The position numbers and the translations under genes are program-made. Under the pieces are notes generated by a model, which saw only the letters and a list, made by a program, of their open reading frames with translations, did not search any database and had not been told where the DNA came from. This document shows, piece after piece, positions 1 through 10,153 of a stretch of 24,201 nucleotides of DNA; the stretch's first letter is position 1, and each line of letters begins with the position of its first letter. The stretch is taken from contig JBBQPO010000061.1 of NCBI GenBank assembly GCA_038217285.1, forward strand, positions 1 through 24,201. Reading direction: 5' to 3'. Source of the DNA: Chthonomonadales bacterium (lineage in GTDB: Bacteria; Armatimonadota; Chthonomonadetes; Chthonomonadales; Chthonomonadaceae).

Positions 1-1
1 T

Positions 2-1336
2 GGAATGGTGTTCGTGCCGACCGGATCGGCGGCCAGCGACTTCTATGGGGCGGATCGGGTGGGGGACGATCTCTTTGCCAACACGATGCTGGCCCTCGAT
101 GCGAACACAGGCAAGCGCATCTGGCACTTCCAGGCGGTGAAGCACGACATTTGGGACCGCGATTTTCCGGCGCAGCCCGCCCTCGTTCGCGTCAAACGCG
201 GTCGACGCTGGATCGACGCCATCGCGCAGACTACCAAGTCCGGTCACGTCTACCTGTTTGAGCGGGATCATGGCAAACTGCTCTTCCTTATCCAATATCG
301 CAAGTATGAGCCTAGCTCGGCGCCCGGCGAGGTGGCTGCTAAGACCCAACCACTCCCCACGAAACCCGCGCCTTTCGCCAGGCAGGTCCTGACAGAAGAT
401 ATGCTGACCAACCGGACTGCCGAAGCGCACCGCTGGGCCCTGGAGCGTTTCCGGACGTTTCACGGCGGCACGCAGTTCGTTCCATTTCGCGTCGATCAGG
501 AGACCATCATCTTCCCCGGCTTCGACGGCGGAGCGGAGTGGGGCGGTCCGGCGTTCGACCCCGAAACGGGCCTCCTCTATGTAAACGCGAACGAGATGGC
601 CTGGACCTCACACCTAGTTAAGAACGAGGCAGCGAAATCCGCGCGGCAGCTCTACCTGCAAAACTGCGCCAACTGTCATGGTGACACCCTTACCGGATCG
701 CCGCCCCAGTTGCCGAAGCTGCTCAACATGGGCCCAAAGTGGAATGTGGCTGCCATTTCCAAAATCACACGCCAGGGCGCTGGCCGCATGCCCAGCTTTC
801 CGAACCTCTCGGACGCGGAGGTGCAGGCGGTGTCGGAATATGTCCTCAGCGGAGAGAGTAAACCGATCCAGGCGGACGAGGTGGCGGCCATAACACAAGA
901 CTATCGCTTTACTGGCTACCGCAAGTTTCTGGATCCAGAAGGCTATCCGGCTATCGCTCCGCCGTGGGGCACGCTCACTGCTATCAACCTGAATACTGGC
1001 GAATTCGCCTGGAAAGTACCCTTGGGCGAATACCCGGAGTTGGCGGCGAAGGGCTTGAAGGAGACCGGCAGCGAGAACTACGGAGGGCCGGTAGTCACCG
1101 CAGGTGGGCTGGTTTTCATCGCTGCAACGAACTATGATCGAAAGCTCCGGGCCTTCGATAAGTCTACCGGCAAGCTCCTCTGGGAGACCACGCTTCCGTT
1201 CTCTGCCAACGCCACTCCCGCGGTCTATTCCGCCGGGGGGCGGCAGTTCGTAGTGGTCTGCCCCGAGGGCAGCAAAGGTCGCCCGAACGATCCGAAGGGC
1301 GGCCAGTACATAGCCTTCGCACTACCCCAGCCGTGA
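2..1336 (+). CDS. PQQ-dependent quinoprotein (glucose/quinate dehydrogenase-like) with inserted cytochrome c domain; 5' truncated by window edge
   Basis: PQQ beta-propeller motifs (ALDANTGKRIWHFQAVKHDIWDRD, FDGGAEWGG, PPWGTLTAINLNTGEFAW, GGPVVTAGGLVF, AFDKSTGKLLWE) and a heme motif CANCH followed by GRMP. The frame is open to the window edge. Confidence 0.88.
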   Translation, partial: GMVFVPTGSAASDFYGADRVGDDLFANTMLALDANTGKRIWHFQAVKHDIWDRDFPAQPALVRVKRGRRWIDAIAQTTKSGHVYLFERDHGKLLFLIQYRKYEPSSAPGEVAAKTQPLPTKPAPFARQVLTEDMLTNRTAEAHRWALERFRTFHGGTQFVPFRVDQETIIFPGFDGGAEWGGPAFDPETGLLYVNANEMAWTSHLVKNEAAKSARQLYLQNCANCHGDTLTGSPPQLPKLLNMGPKWNVAAISKITRQGAGRMPSFPNLSDAEVQAVSEYVLSGESKPIQADEVAAITQDYRFTGYRKFLDPEGYPAIAPPWGTLTAINLNTGEFAWKVPLGEYPELAAKGLKETGSENYGGPVVTAGGLVFIAATNYDRKLRAFDKSTGKLLWETTLPFSANATPAVYSAGGRQFVVVCPEGSKGRPNDPKGGQYIAFALPQP

Positions 1337-1349
1337 GGTCATATAAGAC

Positions 1350-1380
1350 AAAAAGCCTCTCGCGGTGATGCGAGAGGCTT
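1350..1380 (-). terminator. Intrinsic terminator between convergent genes
   Basis: 11-bp stem AAGCCTCTCGC/GCGAGAGGCTT with a 6-nt loop; runs into TTTTT on the minus strand, just downstream of the ftsB-like stop. Confidence 0.8.
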
Positions 1381-1397
1381 GCATTCGGCGTGAAAAA

Positions 1398-1712
1398 CTA
1401 GGGAACGCGCAGATGCACTTCGCCCTGTTTGACCCAGCCGAGCCGACGGGCGGCACGGACGATGCCGGCCGGAGTCTGAAAGGCTTTCACCTCCCGTTCG
1501 ATCCGCTGGTTCTGCTGCTGCAGTGTCAAATATCGGATTTCGATGGCGTCGTTGGCCAGACGCATATCGCGCGCGGCGAAATAAGCGCCCGAAGCCCGCA
1601 TGCCGACCCACGTGAAGGCGAGGCACGTCAGCGGGATCCAGAGCAGAGAGAGCAGTCCGCGCGGAGCGCGGCTGCGGGCATGAGTCATTCTGGGACGAGT
1701 TGGGTTGGCCAT
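1398..1712 (-). CDS. ftsB: Septum formation initiator, FtsB/DivIC family
   Basis: 104 aa: basic N-terminus, one TM helix, coiled coil (LQQQNQRIEREVKAF) and family-like ending IVRAARRLGWVKQGE. SD GAGGTG precedes the ATG at 1712; lies downstream of eno. Confidence 0.75.
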   Translation of the reverse strand: MANPTRPRMTHARSRAPRGLLSLLWIPLTCLAFTWVGMRASGAYFAARDMRLANDAIEIRYLTLQQQNQRIEREVKAFQTPAGIVRAARRLGWVKQGEVHLRVP

Positions 1713-1749
1713 AGCGATCACCTCAAAGGAACACTCAAGTTTAGCACGA

Positions 1750-3264
1750 TCAGATTTTGGCGGGCTGCAGCGGATTGAACGCCTGCCCTACCGTATGCAC
1801 CTGGATCAGATTGGTCGTCCCCGGATTGTTGACGGGAACGCCTGCGGTCAGAACCACTTTGTCGCCTGTCTTCACCAGGCGCGCCTTGCAAGCGGCGTCC
1901 ACCGTCACCTGCAGCATGGCGTCCGTATCGGAAACGCGTTCGACCAGCAGCGGCTGCACCCCCCAGGTCAGCGCCAGACGCCGATAGGTCGACTCCTCGG
2001 TCGTCACACCGACGATGGGCACACGTGGCCTGTGCTGGGCCACCTGGCGGGCGGTCGCCCCGCTGGTCGTGGCGCAGAGGATGGCTTTGGCATGCAGTTC
2101 CGTCGCAATATGCGCGGAGGCCCGCGCCACCGCCTGTGTCGCTCCGATAGGAGCGGGCAGACGCCGGTCGAAATCCAGATCCTCGAACAGAGCGGCCTCC
2201 GCCTTGAGCGCGATGCGCGCCATCGTCTGCACCGCCTCGACCGGGAACTGACCCGCCGCCGTCTCCCCGGAGAGCATCACCGCATCGGTGCCGTCCAGAA
2301 TGGCGTTGGCGACATCGGTCGCCTCTGCCCGCGTCGGGCGCGGGTTCTGAATCATGCTCTCCAGCATCTGCGTCGCGGTGATGACCGGCTTGCCCGCGCG
2401 GTTGCAGGCCAGAATGATCCGTTTCTGGACGATGGGCACCTCATCGAAAGGCATCTCCACCCCCAGGTCGCCCCGCGCCACCATGATCCCGTCCACCACC
2501 TGCAGCAGCGAGGCCAGGTTATGTACCGCCTCGGCCTTCTCGATCTTGGCGATGAGCGGCACTTTTTGCCCTATCTCCGCCATGAGGGCGAAGAGCGGTT
2601 TCAGGTCGTCCGCCGAGCGCACATAGGAGGCGGCGACCCAGTCCACGCCCTGCGCCAGTCCGAACCGCAGATCGTCCAGGTCTTTCTCGGTGATGGCCGG
2701 AACGTCGAACTTCACGCCGGGTGCCGTGACGCCCTTGCGCGGCTTGAGCTCTCCGCCCACGGTACACTTCGCCCAGATCACGCGATGCGGGTCGCCAGGG
2801 TCGCCGACGCAGCGCACGACGCGCAGGGCGATCTTGCCGTCGTCGAGCAGCAGTTGGCAGCCCGGCTTCAGGGCGGCGATCAGCGGCGGCAGCGGCAGCG
2901 GCAAAATCATCTTGTCGCCGGTGCGCTTCTGCCACGCTTCCAGCGCGGAGGAGGCCGTCATATCGGCTTCGCCCACAACCTGCTCCGCGAAACCGACTTC
3001 CTGCCCGCGCCGCAGCAGTACGCTCGGCACCGGAAAGAGCCCCAGCCTCACCTTCGGTCCGCTCAGATCCTGCAGCAGCGCGAGTGGGTGGCCCAGCTTC
3101 GCGGCGATGGCTCGCAGATCGGCGATGGCCTGCGCATGTTCGGCATGGGTGCCGTGGGAGAAGTTGAGCCGGGCCACATCCATACCCGCTCGCAGCAGTT
3201 TTTCGATGACAGCGCGTTTGCGGCTGGAAGGGCCGATAGTACAGACGATCTTAGTGCGTCGCAG
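1750..3264 (-). CDS. pyk: Pyruvate kinase (504 aa, non-canonical CTG start)
   Basis: RRTKIVCTIGP, GMDVARLNFSHG, IAKIE, DGIMVARGDLGVE, TATQMLESM, PTRAEATDVANA, VMLSGETA. The conserved N-terminus extends 27 codons above the ORF-track ATG to CTG at 3264, with SD AAGAGGA upstream. Confidence 0.97.
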   Translation of the reverse strand: MRRTKIVCTIGPSSRKRAVIEKLLRAGMDVARLNFSHGTHAEHAQAIADLRAIAAKLGHPLALLQDLSGPKVRLGLFPVPSVLLRRGQEVGFAEQVVGEADMTASSALEAWQKRTGDKMILPLPLPPLIAALKPGCQLLLDDGKIALRVVRCVGDPGDPHRVIWAKCTVGGELKPRKGVTAPGVKFDVPAITEKDLDDLRFGLAQGVDWVAASYVRSADDLKPLFALMAEIGQKVPLIAKIEKAEAVHNLASLLQVVDGIMVARGDLGVEMPFDEVPIVQKRIILACNRAGKPVITATQMLESMIQNPRPTRAEATDVANAILDGTDAVMLSGETAAGQFPVEAVQTMARIALKAEAALFEDLDFDRRLPAPIGATQAVARASAHIATELHAKAILCATTSGATARQVAQHRPRVPIVGVTTEESTYRRLALTWGVQPLLVERVSDTDAMLQVTVDAACKARLVKTGDKVVLTAGVPVNNPGTTNLIQVHTVGQAFNPLQPAKI

Positions 3265-3353
3265 CTCCGTTCCTCTTTTCTTAACTTACCGCACGTGATC
3301 AGTTTTGCAGAAAACGGTTTTCGTATGCCTCCACGCAAAATGCGATTCAGGAT

Positions 3354-3405
3354 CAAAGGACGTTGTCCTTCGCTACGCGGCTTCGCCGTGCCGTCCTTCG
3401 GACGG
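3354..3405 (-). repeat. Triple-hairpin REP-like element, copy A
   Basis: Minus strand CCGTCC-GAA-GGACGG ca CGGC-GAA-GCCG CGTAG CGAAGGAC-AAC-GTCCTTTG; colinear with copy C. Confidence 0.75.
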
Positions 3406-3455
3406 AGCGATATCAATCACAGAGCCATTTCGTTCTCGGTAAGCAACGGCTTGGT

Positions 3456-3512
3456 GCCCGCGAAGGCGGTCACTCGGGCCGGAGGCCCCTAGCGAAGGAT
3501 TTCAATCCATCG
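3456..3512 (+). repeat. Triple-hairpin REP-like element, copy B (more diverged, inverted relative to A)
   Basis: CCGC-GAAG-GCGG tcactc GGGCC-GGA-GGCCC CTAG CGAAGGAT-TTCA-ATCCATCG; shares TAGCGAAGGA with copy A. Confidence 0.65.
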
Positions 3513-3540
3513 CCAGCCCAGGTTTTCATTCCATCGCAAT

Positions 3541-4023
3541 CTACGGATCGCGCACATCCGGCTCTGGGTCCAGATGCGGCGGAAGTTTAGCTCCGGCTCC
3601 CACGAGAACAGGCTGATCGGGACGGCGGTAGGCGGGCATTCCCGCGCCGCCCTCCTCGTCCTCCCTCCCCTGTCCGGCAAAGACCGCCGTCGAAAGATAG
3701 TGCAGAAGCTCACGCTCCTGTCGGATGCTCTTCATCAGCCGTTCGAGAAACGCGTCCTCGTTATAGGTCGAGCCTCTGCGCCGCCTGATGTGGCGCATGC
3801 GCCGATCCTCGTAGCGTTGAATGGTTCGGTCGCAGCGCCAATAACGGCCGTACTGCGCGCTAAATTCCGTGGGGCTGAGCTGCAGCGGCCAGTTGAGTTT
3901 CCTGCAGCCCCGCACATACCACCCATAGTTCCTTGTGCCTGATTCATTCCATGCTGATTCATCCATGAGCGGATCCTCCCATAGGTTGGGGAGATTCAGA
4001 GGGATTTCCCGTCTCTCGTTCAT
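3541..4023 (-). CDS. Hypothetical protein (160 aa)
   Basis: Fills the gap directly downstream of eno on the same strand. No recognised domain; SD is poorly spaced, so the start is uncertain. Confidence 0.6.
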   Translation of the reverse strand: MNERREIPLNLPNLWEDPLMDESAWNESGTRNYGWYVRGCRKLNWPLQLSPTEFSAQYGRYWRCDRTIQRYEDRRMRHIRRRRGSTYNEDAFLERLMKSIRQERELLHYLSTAVFAGQGREDEEGGAGMPAYRRPDQPVLVGAGAKLPPHLDPEPDVRDP

Positions 4024-4047
4024 CGCGAGGCAGGAAATCCCTCCGGT

Positions 4048-6329
<2,282 letters not shown>

Positions 6330-6386
6330 TCGTGTCACCTCTTATTTTGGCGAAGAACTATGTTTTTGCGTGGCATACGATACCTG

Positions 6387-6722
6387 CTAAGTGACGGCGA
6401 AGTCACCGGCTTCGCGCATCCGACGGGAGTAGAAACCGAGAACGATCTGATCTTTCGAGATGCCCTTCGTAACCAGATCGGAAGCGATGCCTTCTTCAGT
6501 GTTGTCAGTTAATATCCAGATTTTGCCGTCCCGGATTTCCAGATAGGCGAGAAGCCTTGTCTCATAGCGCTCCTTCGCGAAACTCACGTGCTGTAACGTG
6601 TAGCGGCCATGTTGTGGATCCTGCACACTGACAATCTTCCAGTCGCTCGGGATTCGCGGCAGTTTTTCCCATTCAGCAAATACGGAGCGGATCACAGTAT
6701 GTAAAGTGTCTAAAGTTTCCAT
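6387..6722 (-). CDS. xisI: XisI family protein
   Basis: Characteristic C-terminal half EIRDGKIWILTDNTEEGIASDLVTKGISKDQIVLGF...GDFAV; 111 aa from ATG 6722. An in-frame ATG at 6743 has the SD. Confidence 0.88.
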   Translation of the reverse strand: METLDTLHTVIRSVFAEWEKLPRIPSDWKIVSVQDPQHGRYTLQHVSFAKERYETRLLAYLEIRDGKIWILTDNTEEGIASDLVTKGISKDQIVLGFYSRRMREAGDFAVT

Positions 6723-6743
6723 AGAGCGATCTAAAGCTGGCAT
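6710..6743 (-). pseudogene. Probable internally deleted xisH remnant
   Basis: SD GGAGAGG then M-P-A-L-D (XisH-like start), joined directly to I-A-L-W-K-L-stop in another frame overlapping the xisI ATG (XisH-like end). Confidence 0.5.
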
Positions 6744-6761
6744 TTTCTTTCCTCTCCGATA

Positions 6762-6801
6762 CTCACATACCCTCCACCGGTTCCGGCAGAGGGTATGTGA
6801 G
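6762..6801. terminator. Long hairpin downstream of the S8 peptidase gene
   Basis: Perfect 13-bp stem CTCACATACCCTC/GAGGGTATGTGAG with inner CCGG/CCGG. No U-tract, so terminator function is uncertain. Confidence 0.5.
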
Positions 6802-6845
6802 GGTTACGATGCGCTCCAGCATAAACCGGACTTTGTTGGATTGCT

Positions 6846-8651
6846 TCAGTCTCGGGTGGCGGAGAGGCCCGCGAAGAGCATTCCCAGCCCGATCAGACCG
6901 TTGACGGCGACCCACGGCAGCAGCTGCCAGAGGCCGACCTCCGCGCCCAGCGGGGTCGTGCCGTGCAGGAACTCCCAGCCGAGCGTCAGGCTCATGCCGA
7001 ACGCCATCCAGCCGAGGAGTCGCTTCTCGGTCTTCTCCGCTCCCAACAGCAGCAGCGCGCCGGGGATCAGAATGCTGTGCGCGGCCAGGTTCCACGGAGA
7101 GGCGTTGCCGAAGAGATGGGTGAGCCAGTCGGGAAGGAGCAGGCCCAGCGCCAGCGCGGCGGTTCCCCAGAAGGGATAGGCGTTGCGTGTGCCGGATTTC
7201 TGTCGTGCCTTACCGACGAGATAGCAGCCCGCAAAGAGCGCGACTACCAGCCAGAAACGCGCGGTGGCGTCTCCGCTGACATGTCCGGCCATCTGCGCGG
7301 CGGCGGCGGCGTTGAGGATGCCTGCGCCGTACTGGTTCTTCGGACCCTCCACACGCTGCGCCGACTTCTGCAGGATGTTCTTGATCTCATCGGGGTCTTT
7401 GACGCCCTGCGACACGATCAGCGCGGCGACGGCGGCCACATGCGGCGTGGCCATCGAGGTACCCTGGAAGGCGAAGTAGTCGTCTTCCATAGTCCCGTTT
7501 CCGTCGGGCATCATGGTGTTCTGCAGGATACCGCCCGCGTCGCCGCCCTTCTGCTTGTCGCCGCCCGGAGCGGCGATAGCCACCTCTTTGCCCCAGGTGG
7601 AGTAGAAGCTGAGTTTGCCATCCGGACCCACCGCAGAGACCGCGATACAGTCTTTATATCCCGCCGGGTAGCCGACGCCCTCGCGACCGGAGTTACCCGC
7701 CGCACAGATGATCGCGACGCCCTTTTTCTTGGCGTAGGCGCAGGCCGAGCGCATCAGATCGTCGGGGAAGGGGCCACCGAGGCTCATGTTGATGACGTTC
7801 GCGCCGTGGTCTGCCGCCCAGCGGACCGCCTCCGCGATGTCGCGGGAGGAGCCGGAGCCTGTGGCGCTCAGCACCTTGAGGGGCATGATCTTACACTTGT
7901 AAGCCAGACCCGCCACGCCCTCGTTGTTGTCGGTGCTCTCCGCGATCGTTCCGGCGACATGGGTGCCATGCCCCTGATCGTCGTTGGGGAACGCGTCTTT
8001 GTTCACAAAATCGTAGCCTTCGACGAACTGCGTGTCCGCGAAGTCCCGAGCGCGGCGGCCCTTTTTGGTATCCTTGTAAGCAACGCCGGTATCGATAACG
8101 GCGACTATGGCGCCTTCGCCCTTCGTGCTCTCCCAGGCCTCTTCGGCCTTGACCATGCGGAAGTTCCACTGCTCGTTATAGCGCGGATCATTGGGCTTCC
8201 AGCGTCCGGTATCCTCGGCGGGCTTGACGTCTGTGCTTATAGGATGGGAGGCGACCATCTCGTCCTGGGGTGTGTGGAAGAAGTGGACCACATCGGCGGC
8301 TTCCACGCGCGAATCGGCACGCAACGCGGCAAGCTCGGTGTCGCGATCCATGCCAGCGGGCAGATCGGCGTCGGCGACATCGGTCTCCTGCTGCGAAACC
8401 TCGCTGTTCCAGTGCAGAGAGAGGTGTAGCTTCTTGCTCAGGTCCGCGAGATCGTCGTTGGTCGTGCCGGGGCGCATCTGGACTTCCAGAGCGTTGGTGT
8501 CCACCCAGTCCGACGCCACCGCAGGCGGAGTCGCGGGGAGCGCCTGCTCCTTCGCCTGGTGCTGCCAGGTCAGGAGTGTGGGAGTCGCGGCTGCGGCCAG
8601 CAGCAGAGCCGACATCCAGCGCAAACTGCGGGAACCGGATTTTTCGCCCAT
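6846..8651 (-). CDS. S8 (subtilisin-like) serine peptidase with C-terminal multi-pass membrane region
   Basis: Catalytic triad motifs VAVIDTG, HGTHVAG, GTSMATP and oxyanion AAGN; N-terminal hydrophobic segment and propeptide; about 5 hydrophobic helices at the C-terminus. SD GAGGTG before ATG 8651 (alternative GTG 8660). Confidence 0.93.
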   Translation of the reverse strand: MGEKSGSRSLRWMSALLLAAAATPTLLTWQHQAKEQALPATPPAVASDWVDTNALEVQMRPGTTNDDLADLSKKLHLSLHWNSEVSQQETDVADADLPAGMDRDTELAALRADSRVEAADVVHFFHTPQDEMVASHPISTDVKPAEDTGRWKPNDPRYNEQWNFRMVKAEEAWESTKGEGAIVAVIDTGVAYKDTKKGRRARDFADTQFVEGYDFVNKDAFPNDDQGHGTHVAGTIAESTDNNEGVAGLAYKCKIMPLKVLSATGSGSSRDIAEAVRWAADHGANVINMSLGGPFPDDLMRSACAYAKKKGVAIICAAGNSGREGVGYPAGYKDCIAVSAVGPDGKLSFYSTWGKEVAIAAPGGDKQKGGDAGGILQNTMMPDGNGTMEDDYFAFQGTSMATPHVAAVAALIVSQGVKDPDEIKNILQKSAQRVEGPKNQYGAGILNAAAAAQMAGHVSGDATARFWLVVALFAGCYLVGKARQKSGTRNAYPFWGTAALALGLLLPDWLTHLFGNASPWNLAAHSILIPGALLLLGAEKTEKRLLGWMAFGMSLTLGWEFLHGTTPLGAEVGLWQLLPWVAVNGLIGLGMLFAGLSATRD

Positions 8652-8678
8652 CGCCTTCACCTCGTTTCTCGAAGCTTT

Positions 8679-8876
8679 TTACTTCGACTGTGGGAGCCAG
8701 TCTTTATGACGGCTGATAATATAGTCGTAGCGGTTGATCGTTTTACCGGAAAACTCATTGAAGAGCGGCGTGCCGCCCGTATACATCGTGTCGGGGGAGT
8801 CGCCGTACTCGTTCAGTCCGAGTCGCTTGATCGTCTCGTCAATCCACTTTTTTTGCTGTGCGTCCAGGGATGGCAT
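8679..8876 (-). CDS. Small protein of unknown function (65 aa)
   Basis: Strong SD AAGGAGGT, own consensus promoter, ordered-looking sequence LNEYGDSPDTMYTGGTPLFNE. Confidence 0.8.
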   Translation of the reverse strand: MPSLDAQQKKWIDETIKRLGLNEYGDSPDTMYTGGTPLFNEFSGKTINRYDYIISRHKDWLPQSK

Positions 8877-8968
8877 AGGTGTGACCTCCTTGCGTTGCGA
8901 TCGTCGCCGTATGTTCTACAAGACGAGTTTGAACGGGTGAGAGTTGCACGCACCCGCGCCTTTCTCTC

Positions 8969-8997
8969 ATTGTAACGTTTCTCCGAGTCGTTGTCAA
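8969..8997 (-). promoter_or_regulatory. Sigma70-type promoter for the small protein/S8 peptidase genes
   Basis: TTGACA-17 nt-TACAAT. Confidence 0.75.
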
Positions 8998-9022
8998 TGT
9001 CGCCACGCCTTGCCTTGCGGTG

Positions 9023-9052
9023 TTGACAGCCGCCGGACAAGCGCGTCATAAT
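9023..9052 (+). promoter_or_regulatory. Sigma70-type promoter for cobT (divergent)
   Basis: TTGACA-18 nt-CATAAT. Confidence 0.6.
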
Positions 9053-9085
9053 GCCGCCATCTTCTGACGACAGGTAAGACATCCC

Positions 9086-10153
9086 ATGAAAATTCCCGAA
9101 ATTCCCCCCGTTTCCGATTCGCATCGCGCTGCCGCGCAGCGGCTGTTCGACAACAAGACCAAACCCCTCGGCAGTCTGGGAAGGCTGGAACAGTTGGCGG
9201 CGCAGCTCTGTGCCATCCAGGCGCGCGTCCCGCCGTGTGTGGAGCGGCGGCATATCCTGCTGTTCGCGGGCGACCACGGCATCGTGGCGGAGGGCGTCAG
9301 CCTCTATCCACAGGTCGTGACGACCCAGATGGTCGCCAACTTCGCGGCGGGGGGAGCGGCGATCAATGTGCTGGCCCGGCAGTTCGGAGCTACACTGGAG
9401 ATCGTCGATGTCGGGGTCGCAGGCTCGACGCTCGGCCTCGCCCTGGACCGCAAGATACGCGCTGGCACGCGCAGCTTTCTCCACGAGCCCGCCATGACGC
9501 CGACGGAGGCGGAGAACGCGCTGGAGGTGGGTCGGGAGCGGGTGGAGGCCGCCGTGCGCAGCGGCCTCGATCTGCTGGCTCTCGGGGAGATGGGCATCGG
9601 CAACACCGCGTCGGCGGCTGCGCTGCTCTCTCTGCTGACCGGCCGCAGCGCGGAAGAGACGGTTGGGCGCGGGACAGGGCTGGACGATACGCAACTGACG
9701 CACAAGCGCGAGGTGATCGCCCGCGGCGTGGCGCTCCATGCGGCGCAGTCCACCGCGCCGTTCGAGATGTTGTGCGCTGTCGGAGGACTGGAGATCGCCG
9801 CCCTGGTCGGGGCGATGCTGGCGGCGGCCGCCAACCGCGTTCCGGTTCTGGTGGACGGCTTCATCTGCACCGTGGCTGCTCTGACCGCCGTTCGCTTCGC
9901 CCCCAACGTTCGCGACACGATGATCTTTGCCCATCGCTCGGCCGAACAGGGCCATGCCCTCGCACTGGAGACTCTGGGAGCGGAGCCGCTGCTCGACCTG
10001 GGAATGCGGCTTGGCGAGGGCAGTGGGGCCGCGCTCGCCTTTCCCCTGGTTGAAGCGAGTGTGCGCCTGCTGCGCGAAATGGCCTCCTTCGAGTCGGCAG
10101 GCGTTAGCACCGCCGAGCCCCTGACCCCTCCTTGCGAAGACCGCCGCCCCTAA
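9086..10153 (+). CDS. cobT: Nicotinate-nucleotide--dimethylbenzimidazole phosphoribosyltransferase
   Basis: KTKPLGSLGRLE, FAGDHG, GGAAINVLA, GEMGIGNT, GGLEIAALVG, DGFI, LDLGMRLGEGSGA. Confidence 0.97.
   Translation: MKIPEIPPVSDSHRAAAQRLFDNKTKPLGSLGRLEQLAAQLCAIQARVPPCVERRHILLFAGDHGIVAEGVSLYPQVVTTQMVANFAAGGAAINVLARQFGATLEIVDVGVAGSTLGLALDRKIRAGTRSFLHEPAMTPTEAENALEVGRERVEAAVRSGLDLLALGEMGIGNTASAAALLSLLTGRSAEETVGRGTGLDDTQLTHKREVIARGVALHAAQSTAPFEMLCAVGGLEIAALVGAMLAAAANRVPVLVDGFICTVAALTAVRFAPNVRDTMIFAHRSAEQGHALALETLGAEPLLDLGMRLGEGSGAALAFPLVEASVRLLREMASFESAGVSTAEPLTPPCEDRRP

Noticed and set aside
3321-3340. TCGTATGCC(TCC)ACGCAAAA resembling the reverse complement of 6363-6380
   Set aside because: Short match needing a 3-nt gap, and in opposite orientation relative to the downstream genes; probably chance.
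1705-3492. 595-aa plus-strand ORF, and similar long ORFs at 4123-5328, 6963-8429, 8813-10219, 17167-18447, 19298-20272 and 20909-21811
   Set aside because: Antisense shadows of well-supported genes, expected in GC-rich DNA; no motifs.
3354-3512. Possible CRISPR array or tRNA in the hairpin-rich region
   Set aside because: No direct repeats with spacers, no cas genes and no cloverleaf or T-loop consensus.
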